Part shown: positions 1 through 14,699 of the stretch, piece by piece
How the letters are laid out: every line of letters begins with the position of its first letter
Position numbering within the stretch: the first letter of the stretch is position 1
Origin: Mustelus asterias
Taxonomy: Eukaryota
Direction: 5' to 3'
DNA length: 64,000 nucleotides
Assembly: GCF_964213995.1 (NCBI RefSeq)
Contig: NC_135812.1
Coordinates: 37,696,001-37,760,000 of the forward strand
Notes under the pieces: model-generated
Told to the model about the DNA's origin: nothing
Database searches by the model: none
The model's input: only the letters and a program-made list of their open reading frames with translations
Position numbers and translations under genes: made by a program

Positions 1-34
1 GTTATCTAACCAGGGCTTTGTATAGCTGCAAATT

Positions 35-531
35 GGGCCGCTATTCTCCCAAAAGTTCTGAATTGGTGGGAGAACTGTTCTAAATCCCGACTGTTCTGTC
101 AGTTCAGCTTCTCACCTGAATCTCCGCATTCTGTGCACTGAAGAGGTCCCAGTCGTGAATCTCATTAAAAATCCAGGGGGGCCGGGCCTATTCGTGCTGG
201 AGTTTGACAGTTCTGGAGCTCTGCGCATGCGCAGTGGCTCCAAACTGTCAACCTCCTGTTTGCTGGCCAGTTCGATTGCTGGCCAGCCTGGGATCCCACC
301 AGTGCTGCCCCTCCAGCCAGCCACTGCCCCCCCCCCCCCCGCCCCCCCCCACGGCCTGATCACGACCCCCACAACAATTCCCAGGCCAGCCCTGACACCC
401 CCGCCCCAATGTAATGGGAGATGTGCATGCCTTCTTGGCGCATGTGCAAATCCCTGTTCAAGGCTGGAGACACGCAGCTCCCACTGTGACCGGACAGAAA
501 AGTTGCGGGTCGCAATAGAAGAATCGCAGCC
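35..531. mobile_element. GC-rich non-autonomous DNA transposon-like insertion (possibly PIF/Harbinger type)
   Basis: Begins GGGCCGCTATTCTCCC, ends GAAGAATCGCAGCC; shares blocks with 17277-18146; interrupts a CR1 remnant. Confidence 0.55.
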
Positions 532-539
532 TTGATTTC

Positions 540-1230
540 TCACTCCTTGTGTTCTAGTCCTCTAGGTATAAAAGCCAGCTTTTCTTTAGCCTCTTTGATT
601 ATTTTCTGTACCTGTCCATGACACTTTAAAGATCTGTACGCCTGGACCATCAAATATCTTTAAGCCTCTTGTATCTAACTTTTCACATTTAGAAGTATCC
701 TATTCTACCCCTTTTTAGGTCCAAAGTAGATTACCCCACATTTGCCTACATTGAAATCTCTTTGCCACAGTTTTATCCATTCACTGAATCTATGAATATC
801 TCTTTGTAATTTTCCACTTCCATCCACAGTTTATAACACTGCCTTTGTTTCTGCCATTAGCAAATTTGAATATGTGACTTTTGATCCTGTCAACTAATTT
901 GTTAATGTATACAGTAAATAGTTTCGGCCTTGCAGGATACCACTAGTCCAACGTTCCCTTAATTCTTTTTTTGGAGTGTGCAGATTTAGTTAATTCAATT
1001 TTTTTGGCCTGGCAACTTAGAGGCCACCTTATGCATAGCCTGTGCAGAGACCTTTGGGTTGCTGCATACCTGTGCATCTTACAGGGGATATTACACTAGT
1101 CACACCCTGCTAATTATCTTGCCTGCTAGTTCATCCTATTCTCTGTCTTCTGTGACTTGGCCAATTTCCTAACCAGGTCAACAATTTGCCTTCAATTCCA
1201 TGAGTTTTAACTTTGAGTAAGTCTCTTGTG
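540..1230 (-). mobile_element. Decayed CR1 LINE fragment (continues at ~3365-3585)
   Basis: Reverse-strand RT-region similarity, split by the + strand CR1 at 1230-3345. Confidence 0.7.
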
Positions 1231-3345
1231 GATTCATGATATGATTGAATTTTACATTCAATTTGAGGGAGAGAAGAGTGGGTCTAAGACTAGTATACTT
1301 AAATAAGGACAATTATGAGAGCATGAAAACAGCTAGCAAAAATGAACTGGCAATTTAGGTAAAGGGATAGGTCAATCGGATCAGACATTTAAGAGGATAT
1401 TTCAGAATACACGAATAGATACATTCCAATGAAACAGAAAAATTCCAAGTGAGGACCCACCATCTGTGGTTAACAAAAAGATAATATTAAACTTAAAACA
1501 AAAGGATATGATTGTGTATCTATGGCTGGCAGTTTAGAAGATTGGACCGAATGTAAAAAACAGCAAAGAGGACGAAAAGGTTAATGAGGGAAAAATTAGA
1601 GTAGGTGAGAAAGTAGTGAGAAATGTAAAGACATATAGGAAGAGTTTCTATAGATATTTAAAAAAGAGAAGAGTGAACAAGTGAAAGTGAATGGGGAATT
1701 AATAATGAAAAATACTGAGATGGCAGATGAATTGAACAGGTATTTTGTATCAGGCTTCACTATAGATGATATAGGTAACATCCCAGAAACAGCTGTAACT
1801 CAGGAAATGGAAGTGAGGGTGGAACTCGGGAAAATTACAATCACCAGTGAAGTGTTACTTAGCAAATTGTTGGAACTCTGGGTTGACAAGTGCCCAGGTC
1901 CTAATGGGTTTCATACTAGCTTCTTAAAAGAAATGATTGGTGAGATAGTTGATGCATTGGTTTTTAATTTTCCAAATTTCAATAGATGTGGGGATGATTT
2001 CATTAGATTAGAAAATGGCTCATGTAAAACTCCTTTATTCAAAAAAGGAGGAAGGCAGAAAACATAACTTTCAGAGGTAAAATGTTAGAAGCTATGAATA
2101 AAATGTTATAACAGGACATTTGGAGAAATTCAAGGTAATCAGACAGAGTGAAAGGGAAATCATATTTAACCAATTTATTGCAGTTCTTTGAAGTAGTAAC
2201 AGGTGCTGTCAATAAAGGATATACTGTACTTAGATTTTCAGAAGGCATCTGATAAGGTGCCTCATCAAAGGTTATTGCAGGAAATGAAATCTCATGGTGT
2301 AGGAGGTAACATTTTGGCATGGATAGAAGATTGGCGAGCAAACAGGAAACCAAGAGTAGGCATAAATGGGTCTTTTTCTGGTTGGCAGGATGTGACAAGT
2401 GGTGTGGCATGAGATCAGTGCTGGGCCTCAACTCTTTACAATCTTCATCAACAATTTGGATAACAGGACCAATGGTATGGTTGCTAAATTTGCTGAAGAT
2501 ACAATGATAGATAGGAAAATAAGTTGTGAAGTGGACATAAGGAGGCTACAAAAGGATATCAAAAGGTTAGATGAATAGGCATAGATCTGGCAAATGGAGT
2601 AAAACGTAGGAAAATGTGAGTTGTCTACTTTGACAGGAAGAATGAAAAAATAAACATATCTGAATGGTGAGAAATTGCAGAGCTCTGAGATGCAGAGGGA
2701 TCTGGGAGTTCTAATGAAAGAATCGCAAAAGGTTAGTATGCAGGTCCAGCAAGTAATTAGCAAAGGTAATTAAATGTTATTGTTTATTGTGAGGGGAATT
2801 GAATACAAAAGTAGAGCAGTTATGCTTCAGTTGTACAAGTCACTGGTGAGACCACATTTGGAGTACTGTGTACCGTATTGGTCTCCTTATTTAAGGAAAG
2901 ATGTAAATGCATTGAAACAGTTCAGAGAAGGTTTATTAGATTAATAATGGGCGGGCTGATTCATGAAGAAAGCTTGGACAGGCTAGGCATGTATCCGGTG
3001 GAGTTTAGAGGAGTAAGAGGTGACTTGATTTAAACATAAGATCTTGAGGGGATTTGGCAGGGTGGATGAACTAGAGGTCACTGTTTAAATATAAGGGGTT
3101 GCTCATTAAAGACAAAGATGAGGAAAATGTTTTCTCTGAGGGTTGCAAAACTTTGCAACTCTCTTCCTCAAAAGGCGTTTGAGGCAGAGGTAGATAGTGT
3201 CTTGACAAGTAAGGGGGTGAAAGGTTATCTGGGGTGGGCAGGAATGCAAAGTTGAGGTTAAAATTAGATCGTTCATGATCTTATTTTATGGTGGAGAAGG
3301 CTCAAGGGACTGAGTGGCCTACTCCTGCTCCTAATTCATATCTTC
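1230..3345 (+). mobile_element. CR1-clade LINE, 5'-truncated, frameshifted ORF2
   Basis: ORF fragments MADELNRYF, PLFKKGGRQK, LYLDFQKASDKVPHQRLL, GSFSGWQDVTSGV; CR1 3' tail. Confidence 0.92.
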
Positions 3346-3587
3346 ATATGCTTGTATGTTTATATGAGGGACTTTATCAAATGGCTTCTAAAGTCCATAT
3401 TAATAGCGTCCACAGATATTCTCCTGTTCATTACTTTAGTCGTCTCTTCAAAAAAATCTGATTCAGAAAGCACGACCTAACGTTTACAAATGCTCTTTCT
3501 GACCAACTGAAAATATTCAAGGTATTCAATCACCACGTCCTTACCTCTATCAATTTCCTGATAACAGAAGTTTAGATAATTGGTCTA

Positions 3588-4085
3588 TAGGAGCAGGAGT
3601 AGGCCATGCAGCCTGTTGCACCTGTTCCATCATTCTGATCATCTACCTCCAACCTATTTTCCCCACTATTCCCATATCCCTTGATATCATTTGTATCCCA
3701 TTGATTTTTGAACATACTTAGTGATTGGGCCTCCACAAGCTCCCCTGTAAGAATTTTGTAAGTTTCAATGAGATCACGTCTCATTCTTTGAAACTCTGGA
3801 GAATACAATTCTAGTTTCCTCAGTCTCTTCTTATAGGCAATATTTCCATCCCAAGGATCAGTCTGATGAATCTCCATTACACTCCCTCGATGGCAAATAT
3901 GTCCTTCCTTGGATGAGACCAAAACTGTACACACTACTCCAGGTACTATCTCACCAAGGCTTTATACAATTGCAGCAAGATATCTTTACTCCCATACTCA
4001 AATGTCCTTGCAATGAAGGCCAACATACCATTGCTTGCTATATCTAAATGCTAGCATTTAGTGACTTATGAACAAAGGCATCCAG
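3588..4085 (-). mobile_element. CR1 LINE 3' end
   Basis: LYSPEFQRMRRDLIETYKIL; tail ggagcaggagtaggcc. Confidence 0.88.
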
Positions 4086-4806
4086 GTGTAAGGTTTAGGG
4101 TTTCAAGGTATAAAACCCTTCTAATTTAACAAATTCTAAGGTCCAAATTTTTAATTTCTAACACTGTGATCCTCAGTTATGCTTGACCTTCAAGGTATGA
4201 ATAAATAGTATTTGTGAATCAGGTAAAAATTTATTGAACAAGATTTTACATATACTTAACACAAACAGTGAAGATAACATAGAAGTTTCTTATCTTTCAA
4301 GATCCTGGGAATTCTTGGTGTTGCCAGCTCAGGGCAATGTCTTTTTCTTCTCTGGGAAGAATTTTCTCATTTTTAGGCAGAGTGGCACAGCGGGCGGGAA
4401 AACGGGTGGAAACCGCCGGCCCATGGGTGGCTTCCTCTGGTGTATGTTTCAGGATTTATAGAAAACGTTAAGCAGCAGGTCCCATGAGCTGGCCCCCAGA
4501 CTCCTTCAGTCCTGATGAAGGGTCATCCAGATTCAAAATGTTGGATCTATTCTCTCTCCACAGATGCTGTCAAACCTGCTGAGTTTCTCCAGCATTTTCT
4601 GTTTTTGTTGTGTGTGAAAATACCATGCCTTGTGAGACATTTTCCTGTTTCTACACTCTAACCTACACTAAACTGTGAACAAAAATACTGCCTCAATCTT
4701 CTACGACAAATATTAGAGTTAAAAATAAAAAGCAGCACCTCCTCTCCCCCTCTCCACTGAATTCTCTCTTGCATCAAATTCTGCACACCCCATCCTGATG
4801 GATTGA

Positions 4807-5148
4807 ATAGAAATCATAGAAAGCCCACAGTACAGAAAGAGGCTATTCGGCCCATCGAGTCTGTACCAACCACAATCCCACCCAGGCCCTACCCCCATAT
4901 CCCTACATATTTACCCACTAATCTCTCTAACCTATGGATCTCAGGACACTAAGGGCAATTTTTAGCATGGCCAATCAACCTAACCCGCACATCTTTGGAC
5001 TGCGGGAGGAACCCGGAGCACCCAGAGGAAACCCACGCAGACACGAGGAGAATGTGCAAACTCCACACAGACAGTGACCCAAGCCAGGAATCGAACCCAG
5101 GTCCCTGGAGCTGTGAAGCAGCAGTGCTAACCACTGTGCTGCCGTGCC
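4807..5148 (-). mobile_element. HE1-type tRNA-derived V-SINE
   Basis: Minus-strand A-box GGCACAGTGG, B-box GGTTCGATTCC, V-domain, CR1-like tail. Confidence 0.92.
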
Positions 5149-5454
5149 GTGAAATGGAAGCATTTCAATTTATTGTGCTGTTGAATATGTTTTTAATCGA
5201 ACACAATATTTTACACCTGATCACATTTGAATAGAATGCTAATGGATGGAAAAATTAGACAGTGACTAAAAATTTCATATCCCTGAAAGCTCAATTTGCA
5301 ATCCTGGTGACCACATAGCTTTCAACATTCTGACAAGTTAACATTAATGTACCAGTAATGAATTGTAGGCTGCAGCAGCACCTCTTCATCAAAAGGTTTA
5401 CAATTTAATTATCAAATCTTGTTAATTAAATTGGTTCCTTGGTTCTACATGCTT

Positions 5455-8400
5455 CATAGAAACTAACTTACAACACAGAAGGAGGCCATTTAGTCCATTG
5501 TACCCGTGCAAGCTCTTTGAAAGATCAGTCATGCTTAGTCCCACGTCCTTGTTGCTTGTCTGTCATTTTGTCAGTTTCCCAACTATTTATGAAATCGGCT
5601 TCCACCATTTTATCAGTAGTGTTCCACATTCCAGTTACTCAAGTGAGTGGGGGAAAATCCTAATTTTTCTTTTAGATATTTGAGTCCATGATATTCAGTT
5701 ATTGACCCATTTGCCAGAGGGAAATAACTTTTTTTTATCTACTCTGTCAAAACCTCGCTTCATCTTGAAAAACTCCATGGTCACCTCTTAACCTTCCCTG
5801 TTCCAAATTTTTGCAGCCTGTCCTCAGAACAGAAGTTGCTCATCCCCAGTAATTTCTGGTAAACTTAATTTGTACTCTTTCGAATATTTTTACATCTTCC
5901 CCAATTATTCAGCTGAGGCTGAAGTGGTGTTTTATAACATTTTAGTATGACCTTTGCTTTTATGTTCTATTTCTCTGTTTATAAACCCAAGTAAGCTATG
6001 TGCTTTTTAATCATCTTATCAAGTTGCCCGGTCTCCTTTTCAGGATTTATATCTTTGAAAATCAAGGTCTCTCCGCTCATCTACACCTTCACCATCTTGC
6101 CTTTTATTGTATACTGCCTTTTCATATTATTTCTCAGAGTGCATTACTTTACACTTAACTCCATTTCACCATCCTAAGTCATTCTGAATACTGTAAACTA
6201 CCCTCATTATGATCTACTTTACCAAATATCTGTAAGTTTTATAATATTGTTTCCTACACCAGAGTCTAGGTTGTTTATAAAAAAATGCAAAGAGTAATGA
6301 ACCCAAAACTAACCCCTTGGGGAACACCACTGCAAACCATCTTCCAATCTGAAAAACATCAGGCCACTTTGCTTTATGTCACCAAACCAATTTTATATCC
6401 AAACCACCACTTTACCCTTAATTCCAGGGTTTCGATCTACATAAAAAGCCTCTTTGTGCCACTTTGTGAATGCCTTCCAGAAGTCCATACAGGCAGTCCT
6501 TGGACTTATGACACAATTGGTTCCTGAAAATTGCTATTTGAGTCAAAATGTCATAACAGTAATGTTAGTAATGGGGGATTGTTCCTGAATCAAAACCTGA
6601 TATCCTATTTTCACCAAAATGACCCAGAATTTTGTATTCAATCAATTATAGATATAGCAACATTAATGTATTTATTGACATAAAAATCATAGAAATGCAT
6701 GTCCTGTATAGTACTGTACACAGTGCATTACCTACAAAAAAGCACAGACAAATTTTAAAGCCTTAAATTTTCTTCTTCATTCCTGGGCTCATGGGTGGGT
6801 CTGACTGAGTGAAGTTTTCAAGGCTTTTTGAGGTGATTTCAGTGAGGGGACCTAGACTTTTTGAAGGGCTCTTGGTTGGACATTTTGAAGGTATCCTAAC
6901 CGGAGCTGTCTTAGGATTCTTGGCTGCAGGTTTTTCTGGAGTTTTGTCTGCTTTCTTAAAGAAGGTGTCCAAGGAAATGTGGGCAGATGTGCTCCTCTTT
7001 TCTTTGTGAATTTCTCTGTAGCAGCTGAATGTGCCCCTATTCACTGTGCACCGTGTTCAATGTTGGGGTCATGGTCCTCAAACAGGGACATGGCAGCTTC
7101 CAAATGTTGAAATGCCTCAGCCAACACTTGTGCTGTCGAGTCTTTACGGGGAGATGACTCTTCAACAGTGGGTGCATCTTCTTCCTCTGCCATGTTTTGC
7201 TGTTCCAATTCAATTAAGTCCTCATTAGTTAATTCTTCAAAATGTGATGTCAGAAACTAATCAGCATCCTCTAGTGCTGTTTCAGTTGAGGTTTTTGCCT
7301 ATTTAAACAACATTTTCAGTCATCTCTTCAACAATATCTGCAAAGCCTTGCAAATCAGACAAAATCTCAGGACACAATTTCCTCCAAACACCATGCAATT
7401 TTGAATGTGTGACATAATTTTCAACTACAGCCAATGCCTCACCTATGTTGTTAACTGTGTGGTAAATTTTGAAGTCCTTCCATAATTCCTTCAGAGTTGG
7501 TCCACCTTGCTTCTGAATTGCCCTGAGCGCTCCTAAGATGGTAAGCATTAAAAGCCCAAGGGTTTCAACAATGAGGTGTTGTGGGACAGAAACACCACTT
7601 TGATGTCAGGATGCATGTCATCAGGATGGTTGGATGACTCTCAGGGTTAACAATGCTTTAGTTGCAAGATTGTTTTTGTTGCAATAATCCCTGACACTTG
7701 GCACAAAATGATGATTAAACCAATCCTTAAAGATGTCCCTTTTGACCCACGCCTTACAACTGGATTTCCCAGATCACTGGGAGAAATGCTTTGGACTATC
7801 CCTTGAAGACCTGGGTTTTCTAAATGCTACTCAAGCACAGGTTTAAGTTTAAAGTCATCCGCAAGGATTTTCTCCACTTTGGCAATGTAGGTTGTGGATG
7901 GCATTTTTCCCCAAAAGATTCCAGTTTTGTTAACATTAAAAACTTGCCACGTACAATCCCCACCCTCTTCAATAGCTTCAGCCAATGTCTCAGGAAAAGC
8001 ACAAACTGCTGCCTCATCAGCACTGGCAGCTTCACTGGAGACATTAATGTTCTGCAAATTGGCCCTACCTTTAAAACGCATGAACCACTCCTCTACTTGC
8101 ATTAAAAGGCTCATAATATTTCCACTTTTGTTTCCATAATAATTATTCAACGTTTCTTAGAAGAAGAAACATCACTTGCACCAGATTTATGCTTTTCTGC
8201 CATTATTATGGACAAAGAAACTTTGAATTTTAAGAAAGGGTTTGAAAAAAACAAAAGCACCAAGTACTGTAAAAATGCATCAGAACAGCAATTGAATGTC
8301 AATGTGCATGTATGAATGCCACCCCAAATTGAAACCAACACAAGAAAGTCGGAACAGATTATAAATGTTGTAAACATCTTCATTATAACTCAAACGTCGT

Positions 8401-9265
8401 AAAGTCGAGGACTGCCTGTATATACATCTAATGCACTAACTTGATCAAACTTTGCAGTTTCATCAAACAATTCAGTCAAGTTGTCAGACATGATTTGTCT
8501 CTAACAACTCAACACTGGCTGTCCTAGATTAATCTGTAGCTTCCCAAATGAATGTTTATTTTGTCCCTAAAAAAAAGGTTTCCAATACCTTCCCACCACC
8601 AATTTTGGATTGACAAGTCTGTAGTTTTCTTGGTTTATCCCTCTCCTCCTCCTTGAATAATGGCAGAAAATTAGCAATCTCCTAAATTGAAAGACTGTGA
8701 CCAATTCCTCTTCCATTTCTATTTTTGCTTCTTTTAGCACCCTAAGATGCATTCCAACTGGATCAGGTGACTAACCAACTTTGTCATTCTAATCATTTTA
8801 CTATATCTTCTCTATTATTATCCTATCCATTACTTTCCTCCTTTTTGATAGTAACTGTCAAATCATCAGCATCCTTTGTGAATATGATACAAAGTACTCA
8901 TTTATTACTCCTGCAATGTTCCCTGTTTTGACATGAAGATTTCCTTTGGTCTGTAATAGGACCAACCTTTTCCCTCACTAATTGCTTATACTTTATATGT
9001 TTATAAATGTTTTATGGTTCAATTTAATGTTGCCTGCTAATCTTTTTTCATAACTCCTCTGCCTCTCATATTAGCCATTTCAATTATTTTCTGTACATTT
9101 CATAATCTTCCAGGTTATTAACTCAATCTTGCTGCTGACATTTTTCATAAGTTTCCTTTTTCAATTTTATTTTAACTTTTGTTTCCTTTTGTCATCCAGA
9201 AGGGCTTAGTTCCCTTCAGGAATATGCATATCTTGTACCTGAACTGTTTTTCCTGAATGCCCTCC
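5455..9265 (-). mobile_element. Old CR1 LINE interrupted by a Tigger element
   Basis: Degenerate RT sequence continuous across the insertion (gccttccagaagtccaTA / TAtacatctaatgcac). Confidence 0.75.
6490..8418 (-). mobile_element. Tigger/pogo (Tc1-mariner) DNA transposon with decayed transposase
   Basis: TIRs CAGGCAGTCCTTGGACTTATGAC / GTCGTAAAGTCGAGGACTGCCTG, TA target duplication; ORF pieces WFMRFKGRANL, EAASADEAA, QVFNVNKTGIFWGKMP, LHGVWRKLCPE. Confidence 0.93.
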
Positions 9266-9819
9266 ATTGCTCCAGAATAATAGAGAAGGAAAAAAAGAGG
9301 AGGGGGACATAGTTGTATTGATTAAGAATAATATGATAGTTCTAAAAGGAAAGGATTTACTACATGGTTCTAGGACTGAGTCTATTTGGCTTGAGGTGTG
9401 ATTAATGTGAAAAATTGTCCACAAATGTCAAAGGTGTCGAACAAAAATAGAGTCGTAATATTAGAAGGCTTTATTCATCTTAATATAAAGAGAAAAATAT
9501 GGAGCGGAACCTTCCAGGAATCTGTCAGTGTTGATTTCAGCAAGAAAACCAGGGTGGAGCTCTCCAGCTGCACAGCTGAGTTTTCTCTCCAGACTGTGTA
9601 AACAGAGAATCTGGGGCGTAGTTTCTACCATCACTCTGGCAGGGCCTGATAGAACAAGCAACATCAGCTCCACAGAGATCATGGTGCCATCCCCTGACCT
9701 GCGTTAGGAATAAACTCCCTTCCCCGGACATGGGGACCCATTCAAGCATTGGGGCAACCCCCACCCCCCGCCCCAATAAATGGGGACAAAGCCCCACATA
9801 AGCTACGGGGTAACATTGG

Positions 9820-11995
9820 AGCATAGGAATTAGGAGCAGAAGTAAACAAGTTCAGCCCTTCGAGCCAGCTCCGCCATGCAATCAGATCATGGCTGATCTC
9901 TCCCTGGTCTCAAATCTACCTCCCCACCTGTTCCCTATATCCCTCTTTCCCTTTTTTATTAGAAATGTGTCTTATCTCCCCCTTGAAACCAATGATTCAG
10001 ACTCCACCATGCTATGGGGCAGTGAGTCCCATAAATTCACCACCCTCTGCGAGAAGTAGTTCCTCCTCATTTCAATTTTAAATCTATTGCCTCGCAATCT
10101 ATACCTGTGACCTCTTGTTCTAGATTGCCCCATAAGAGGAAACATTTGGTCTACATTTACTTTATAAATCCCTTTAAAAAATTTATATATCTTGATCAGA
10201 TCCCCTCTCATCCTTCTAAACTCCAGCGAGCACAAGCCCAAACTTTTAATCCCTCCTCATATGTCAACCTCTTCATTCCCGGAATCAATCTGATGAACCT
10301 CCTCTGAACTGCCTCCAACCGCAGCCTTCCTCAAATAAGGAGACCAAAACTGGACACAATACTCCAGATGTGGTCTCACCAACACTCTATACAATTGCAA
10401 CAACACCTCTCCTTTAATACTCCAGTCCTTTTGCAATAAATGCCATCACCCCATTTCTCTTTTTTATTACGTGCTGCACCTGCATACCGACTTTCTGCGA
10501 TTCTTGAACATAGACACCCAGAGCCCTCTGCCTGGATGCATTCTGGATCTGCTTTCCATTTAGGTAATAATTTGCTTTTCTTTTTTTTCTGCCAAAATGT
10601 ATAACCTCACACTTATCCACATTAAACTCCGCCTGCCGAATTTTCGGCCATTCTTCTAGCCACCTATATCCATCTATAAAATCTTTATAGCCTTTTCACT
10701 GCCTGCTTTCCCACCTATTTTAGTATCATCCACAAACTTTGCTATGTTACACTCTGTCCCTGCTTGCAGATCATTTATATAGATTGTAAACAGTTGAGGC
10801 CTAAGGACTGACCCCTGCGGCATCCCGCTAGTTACATTTCGCCAGCCAGAGAAGGACCCATTTATCCCAACTCTCTGCTTTCTGTCAGTCAGCCAATCCA
10901 GAACTCTATCCCCAATCCCCTGCAATCTCACCTTCTGGATCAGTCTTTTATGCAGCACCTTGTCAAATGCCTTCTGGATGTCTAGATGTACTACATGTAT
11001 ACGCTTCCCACTATCCACCTTGTTAGTTACGTCCTTAAAGAAATCAAGCAAGTTTGTCAAGCATGACTTTCCCTTCATAAAACCATGCTGACAATGGTGG
11101 ATTGAGCTTTATCTTTCCCAATGCTCAGTCATCTCTTCCTTAATGATTGATTCCAACAAATTCCCCACCACAGAGGTGAAGCTAACTGGTTTATAGTTTC
11201 CTACTTTTTGCCTCTCTGCCTTTTTGAATAAGGGCGTCACATTAGTGTGTTACCAATCCATCTGGACCTTACCAGAATCCAAGGAACTTTGAAATATCAC
11301 AACTAATGCATCCACTATCTCTGCTGCCACCTCCTTTAATACTCTGGAGTGCAGGCCATCAAGTCCCGGAGACTTATCTGCTTTTAATCCCATTAGTTTA
11401 TCCAATACCTTTCCCTAGTGATGGTTATTGCACCAAGTTGCCCTACATTAACTACAGTTTTTGCAAAATCTTCATTATTCTCTACAGAGGCAAAATATTG
11501 ATTTAGTGCCTCCGCCATTTCTGTGTTCCCTATTAATACCTCATCAGTATCGTCCTCCAAAGGGCCAATATTTACTTTAGCTATTCTCTTCCTCTTTATA
11601 TACTTGTAGAAGCTTTTGGTTACTGTGCTGATGTTTTCTGCTAGTTTCCTTTCATCGTTCATCTTAGCTCTTTTAATTCTATTTGTAGTAGCCTTTTGCT
11701 GAACCTTAAATTCTCCCAACCCTCCAGCTTGCCATTCGCTTTTGCAGTTTGGTATGCCCTAGATTTTGCCTTTATGTTTTCTTTGACTTCCTTGTCTAGC
11801 CATGGAACATTTTTCTTCCTTTTACAATTCCTCTTCCTCTCAGAAATATACTTTAATTGAGAGGTAGGTATTTAATATCTCCCTGAATATCCGCCATTAC
11901 TCCTCAACCGTCCTGCCCTCACTTATTTGTGCCCAGTTTACTTGGACCAACTCTTTCCTCTGGCCTGTATAATTACCTCAGCCCAACTCTGAAAC
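9820..11995 (-). mobile_element. CR1 LINE, 5'-truncated ORF2
   Basis: KGKSCLTNLLDFF, DIQKAFDKV, PQGSVLRPQLFTIYINDL, KFVDDTK; 3' tail at ~9820. Confidence 0.95.
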
Positions 11996-13332
11996 TCTAG
12001 TATGGCATGCTGTCTTCTCTTGTTACGCACGCATGCGCACACACTGAGAAACCAGTCCTTTCAATACATTTAATTTAAATGAGTTTCCCGCCTTTTCCAG
12101 GCAGGAACCTCATTGTATCACCAGCGAGGGGTGTGCCAAATCCAAGAATGAGATTTCACCGCTGAGGTTCTCGTTCCTATGGTCTCAGGGGATTTTCTTC
12201 TGGCATCGTCATTTTCACCCACTCCAAATGTCAGCTGAAAATGCCCCCATAGCATTAAGGATAGTGCAAGAAAGGAATTTTTGATATGTACAGAGATATG
12301 TACCAATCTATAAAGGTCCTTCTTTTGATAATGACCCAAGTCCAGCAAGGAAGGAAACCGTGTTAAACCTGGCTCTGGGAAATGCAGTGGTGTAAGTAAT
12401 CATCTAGCTAACAATGCACACAACATAATTCCTTTTAAAGTAATTATGGAAACTGACCAGAAGACATTGAATATAAAAATGCTCACAATTAATTTCAGAG
12501 ATTAAAGAGGGGACCTAGCACAGGGAGATTGGAAATGTTTCTGTTAATGCGACCACATTGTAATGGTATGTAGCAATTTCTGCCTGCAGCTCACCAGTGT
12601 TATTAATTACACTAATTTATTCAATTCCAATGTGGTATAATAGCAATCATCAATTTATGGATATATTACAAGTAATTTAAAAAGATGTTTAAAGGGTCCT
12701 CAGTGTTCATGGTATTCAAGCAACTTGGGTACAGCTATTTCTGTGTCTTTTGATAAACTAACAGAAGAATTTCCCAGAGTAGGCTGGATGCAAGGCAGGA
12801 GCAGAATAATATTATTTAACTGTTACAGTGAAACCATGTGTGCTTTTACCTGTCTCTTTAAGGTAGCAAGGTATAATCTCTGTAAATAAGCAGTGATGGA
12901 AGGTCAGTAAGAATTACATCGATCTTTATGCAGTAAGTTGGCAGATTGCCAGTAGTGTAAACTTCTGGTCCCTGACCAGTCTATAAACGTCCTTCAGCAA
13001 CTGTGATTGAGCATGACATGGCTAGGATTTTTTTTTGGTAGATAATTTTAATATAGCACAGTTGCAATTTGTTGATTTTTAAAAAATCAATATGACAGAT
13101 TCTGACAATATTTGTTCAGGGAAATAGATAGTTGTGTTCCTTAGAGGTTAGATTTTTGTGAGGCAGTTTTGTAGTGATGCAGCCTGCCTTGCTGCAACTG
13201 CTGTGTGCTGTTTACAACTTTTCTATTGGTTAGTGTTGAAGACTGAGCCTTTATTAGTCTGTGTGGATTAGCACTTCATTTATTTAAACTTGAAGCTCTC
13301 AGTTCCTCACAAATTCAGCTCATTGACAGTGA

Positions 13333-13503
<171 letters not shown>

Positions 13504-14029
13504 TAGACAATCCTAATCCAGTTCCCAGTGGGTTTGGGCCCACAGCACAAAACTGGCCCAACTTTAAAACTAAATCCCTTGTTGCACACCAAAAAGGCCA
13601 GAGTATTGATTGTTGATCTGATCTGATTGTAACCTCAACTCTACATTCCTACCTACCCCCGACAACCTTTCACCTGTTGCTTATCAAGAATCTATCTAGC
13701 TCTGCCTTAAAAATATTCAAAGACTGCTTCCACTGCCTTCATGGCCGAGTGGGAGAAGAAGGTATTTACCCAATGGACAAAATTGCCATTTTTCCTTTTG
13801 ACTGTTTTTTCCACATTTCTATTGAGTGTTCTGTGGATGCTGAAAGACTCGCACAGAAATCCCGATGATAGTCAACTCTATCTCTCTACCCCAACTTTCA
13901 ACTCTTGTAGTGCTCCTCCAATATCCAGTCTTGGATGAATTGCAATTGCTTCCATCACAGAGACTTTATTATTGCCATTTACTCTATCCCATTCCCTGGC
14001 CCTTGTCTCTATTTGAATCAGACCCTGTT

Positions 14030-14480
14030 GTTTTATTTATCTTTAAGCTGAGCTTCCAATTTCATATGCTCTCCATCACAAACTCTGCTTACTTGCACTT
14101 CTATAACATCACCAGCCTTCATTCCTACCTAAACCCTTCTGTCACTGAGACACTTATTCTTGCCGTTGTCACTTCCAAACACGATTATTTCAATGTTCTG
14201 CTGGCTCGTCATCCTCCACAAGTCTCAGTTTGTCTAAATCTCTGCTGCCTCTTAATCTAATCCACACCAAGTGCTGCTTGCTCTTCACCTCTGTTCTTTG
14301 TTAGCAGTTCAAATGAAAGATTTTCACTTTGTGCTTAACTCCTTTCATAGCCTCATCCTTCTACATCTTTGACTTTCTCCAGTTCTACAACCATCTTCAA
14401 ACCATTCTTGACTCCAGCATTGTGTATCCCTGCCCTATTCATCCCTCTTACATTGTCCTATTAGTAATGCTTGACTCTTC
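14030..14480 (+). mobile_element. Old L2-like LINE fragment
   Basis: TETLILAVVTSKHDYFNVLL resembles the L2 ORF2 motif LVHAFVTSRLDYCNSLL. Confidence 0.65.
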
Positions 14481-14699
14481 AGCCTTTTCCCTGACACATT
14501 TGTGAAGAACCATAGAACAACTTTTCAATGTTGAAAGTACTATACCGATAGAAGTTAACTCCAATTCCTCACACTATTGGTCTCAGTAATTGCTGAAAAG
14601 AGAGCTTTTAACAAGCTCTTAATGTGGCTCATTTACACTTGCTAAAAGTGACATATCTCCATACTCCAGGACCCACTCTCTGAAAACAAAAAGAATATA

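Noticed and set aside
4949-5234. Recurrent short ORFs (MVSTAASQ..., CGRKPEHPEETHADT...) and tRNA-like boxes
   Set aside because: SINE translations and SINE heads, not protein or tRNA genes.
7303-8150. Domesticated TIGD gene
   Set aside because: Multiple frameshifts and retained TIRs indicate a dead transposon.
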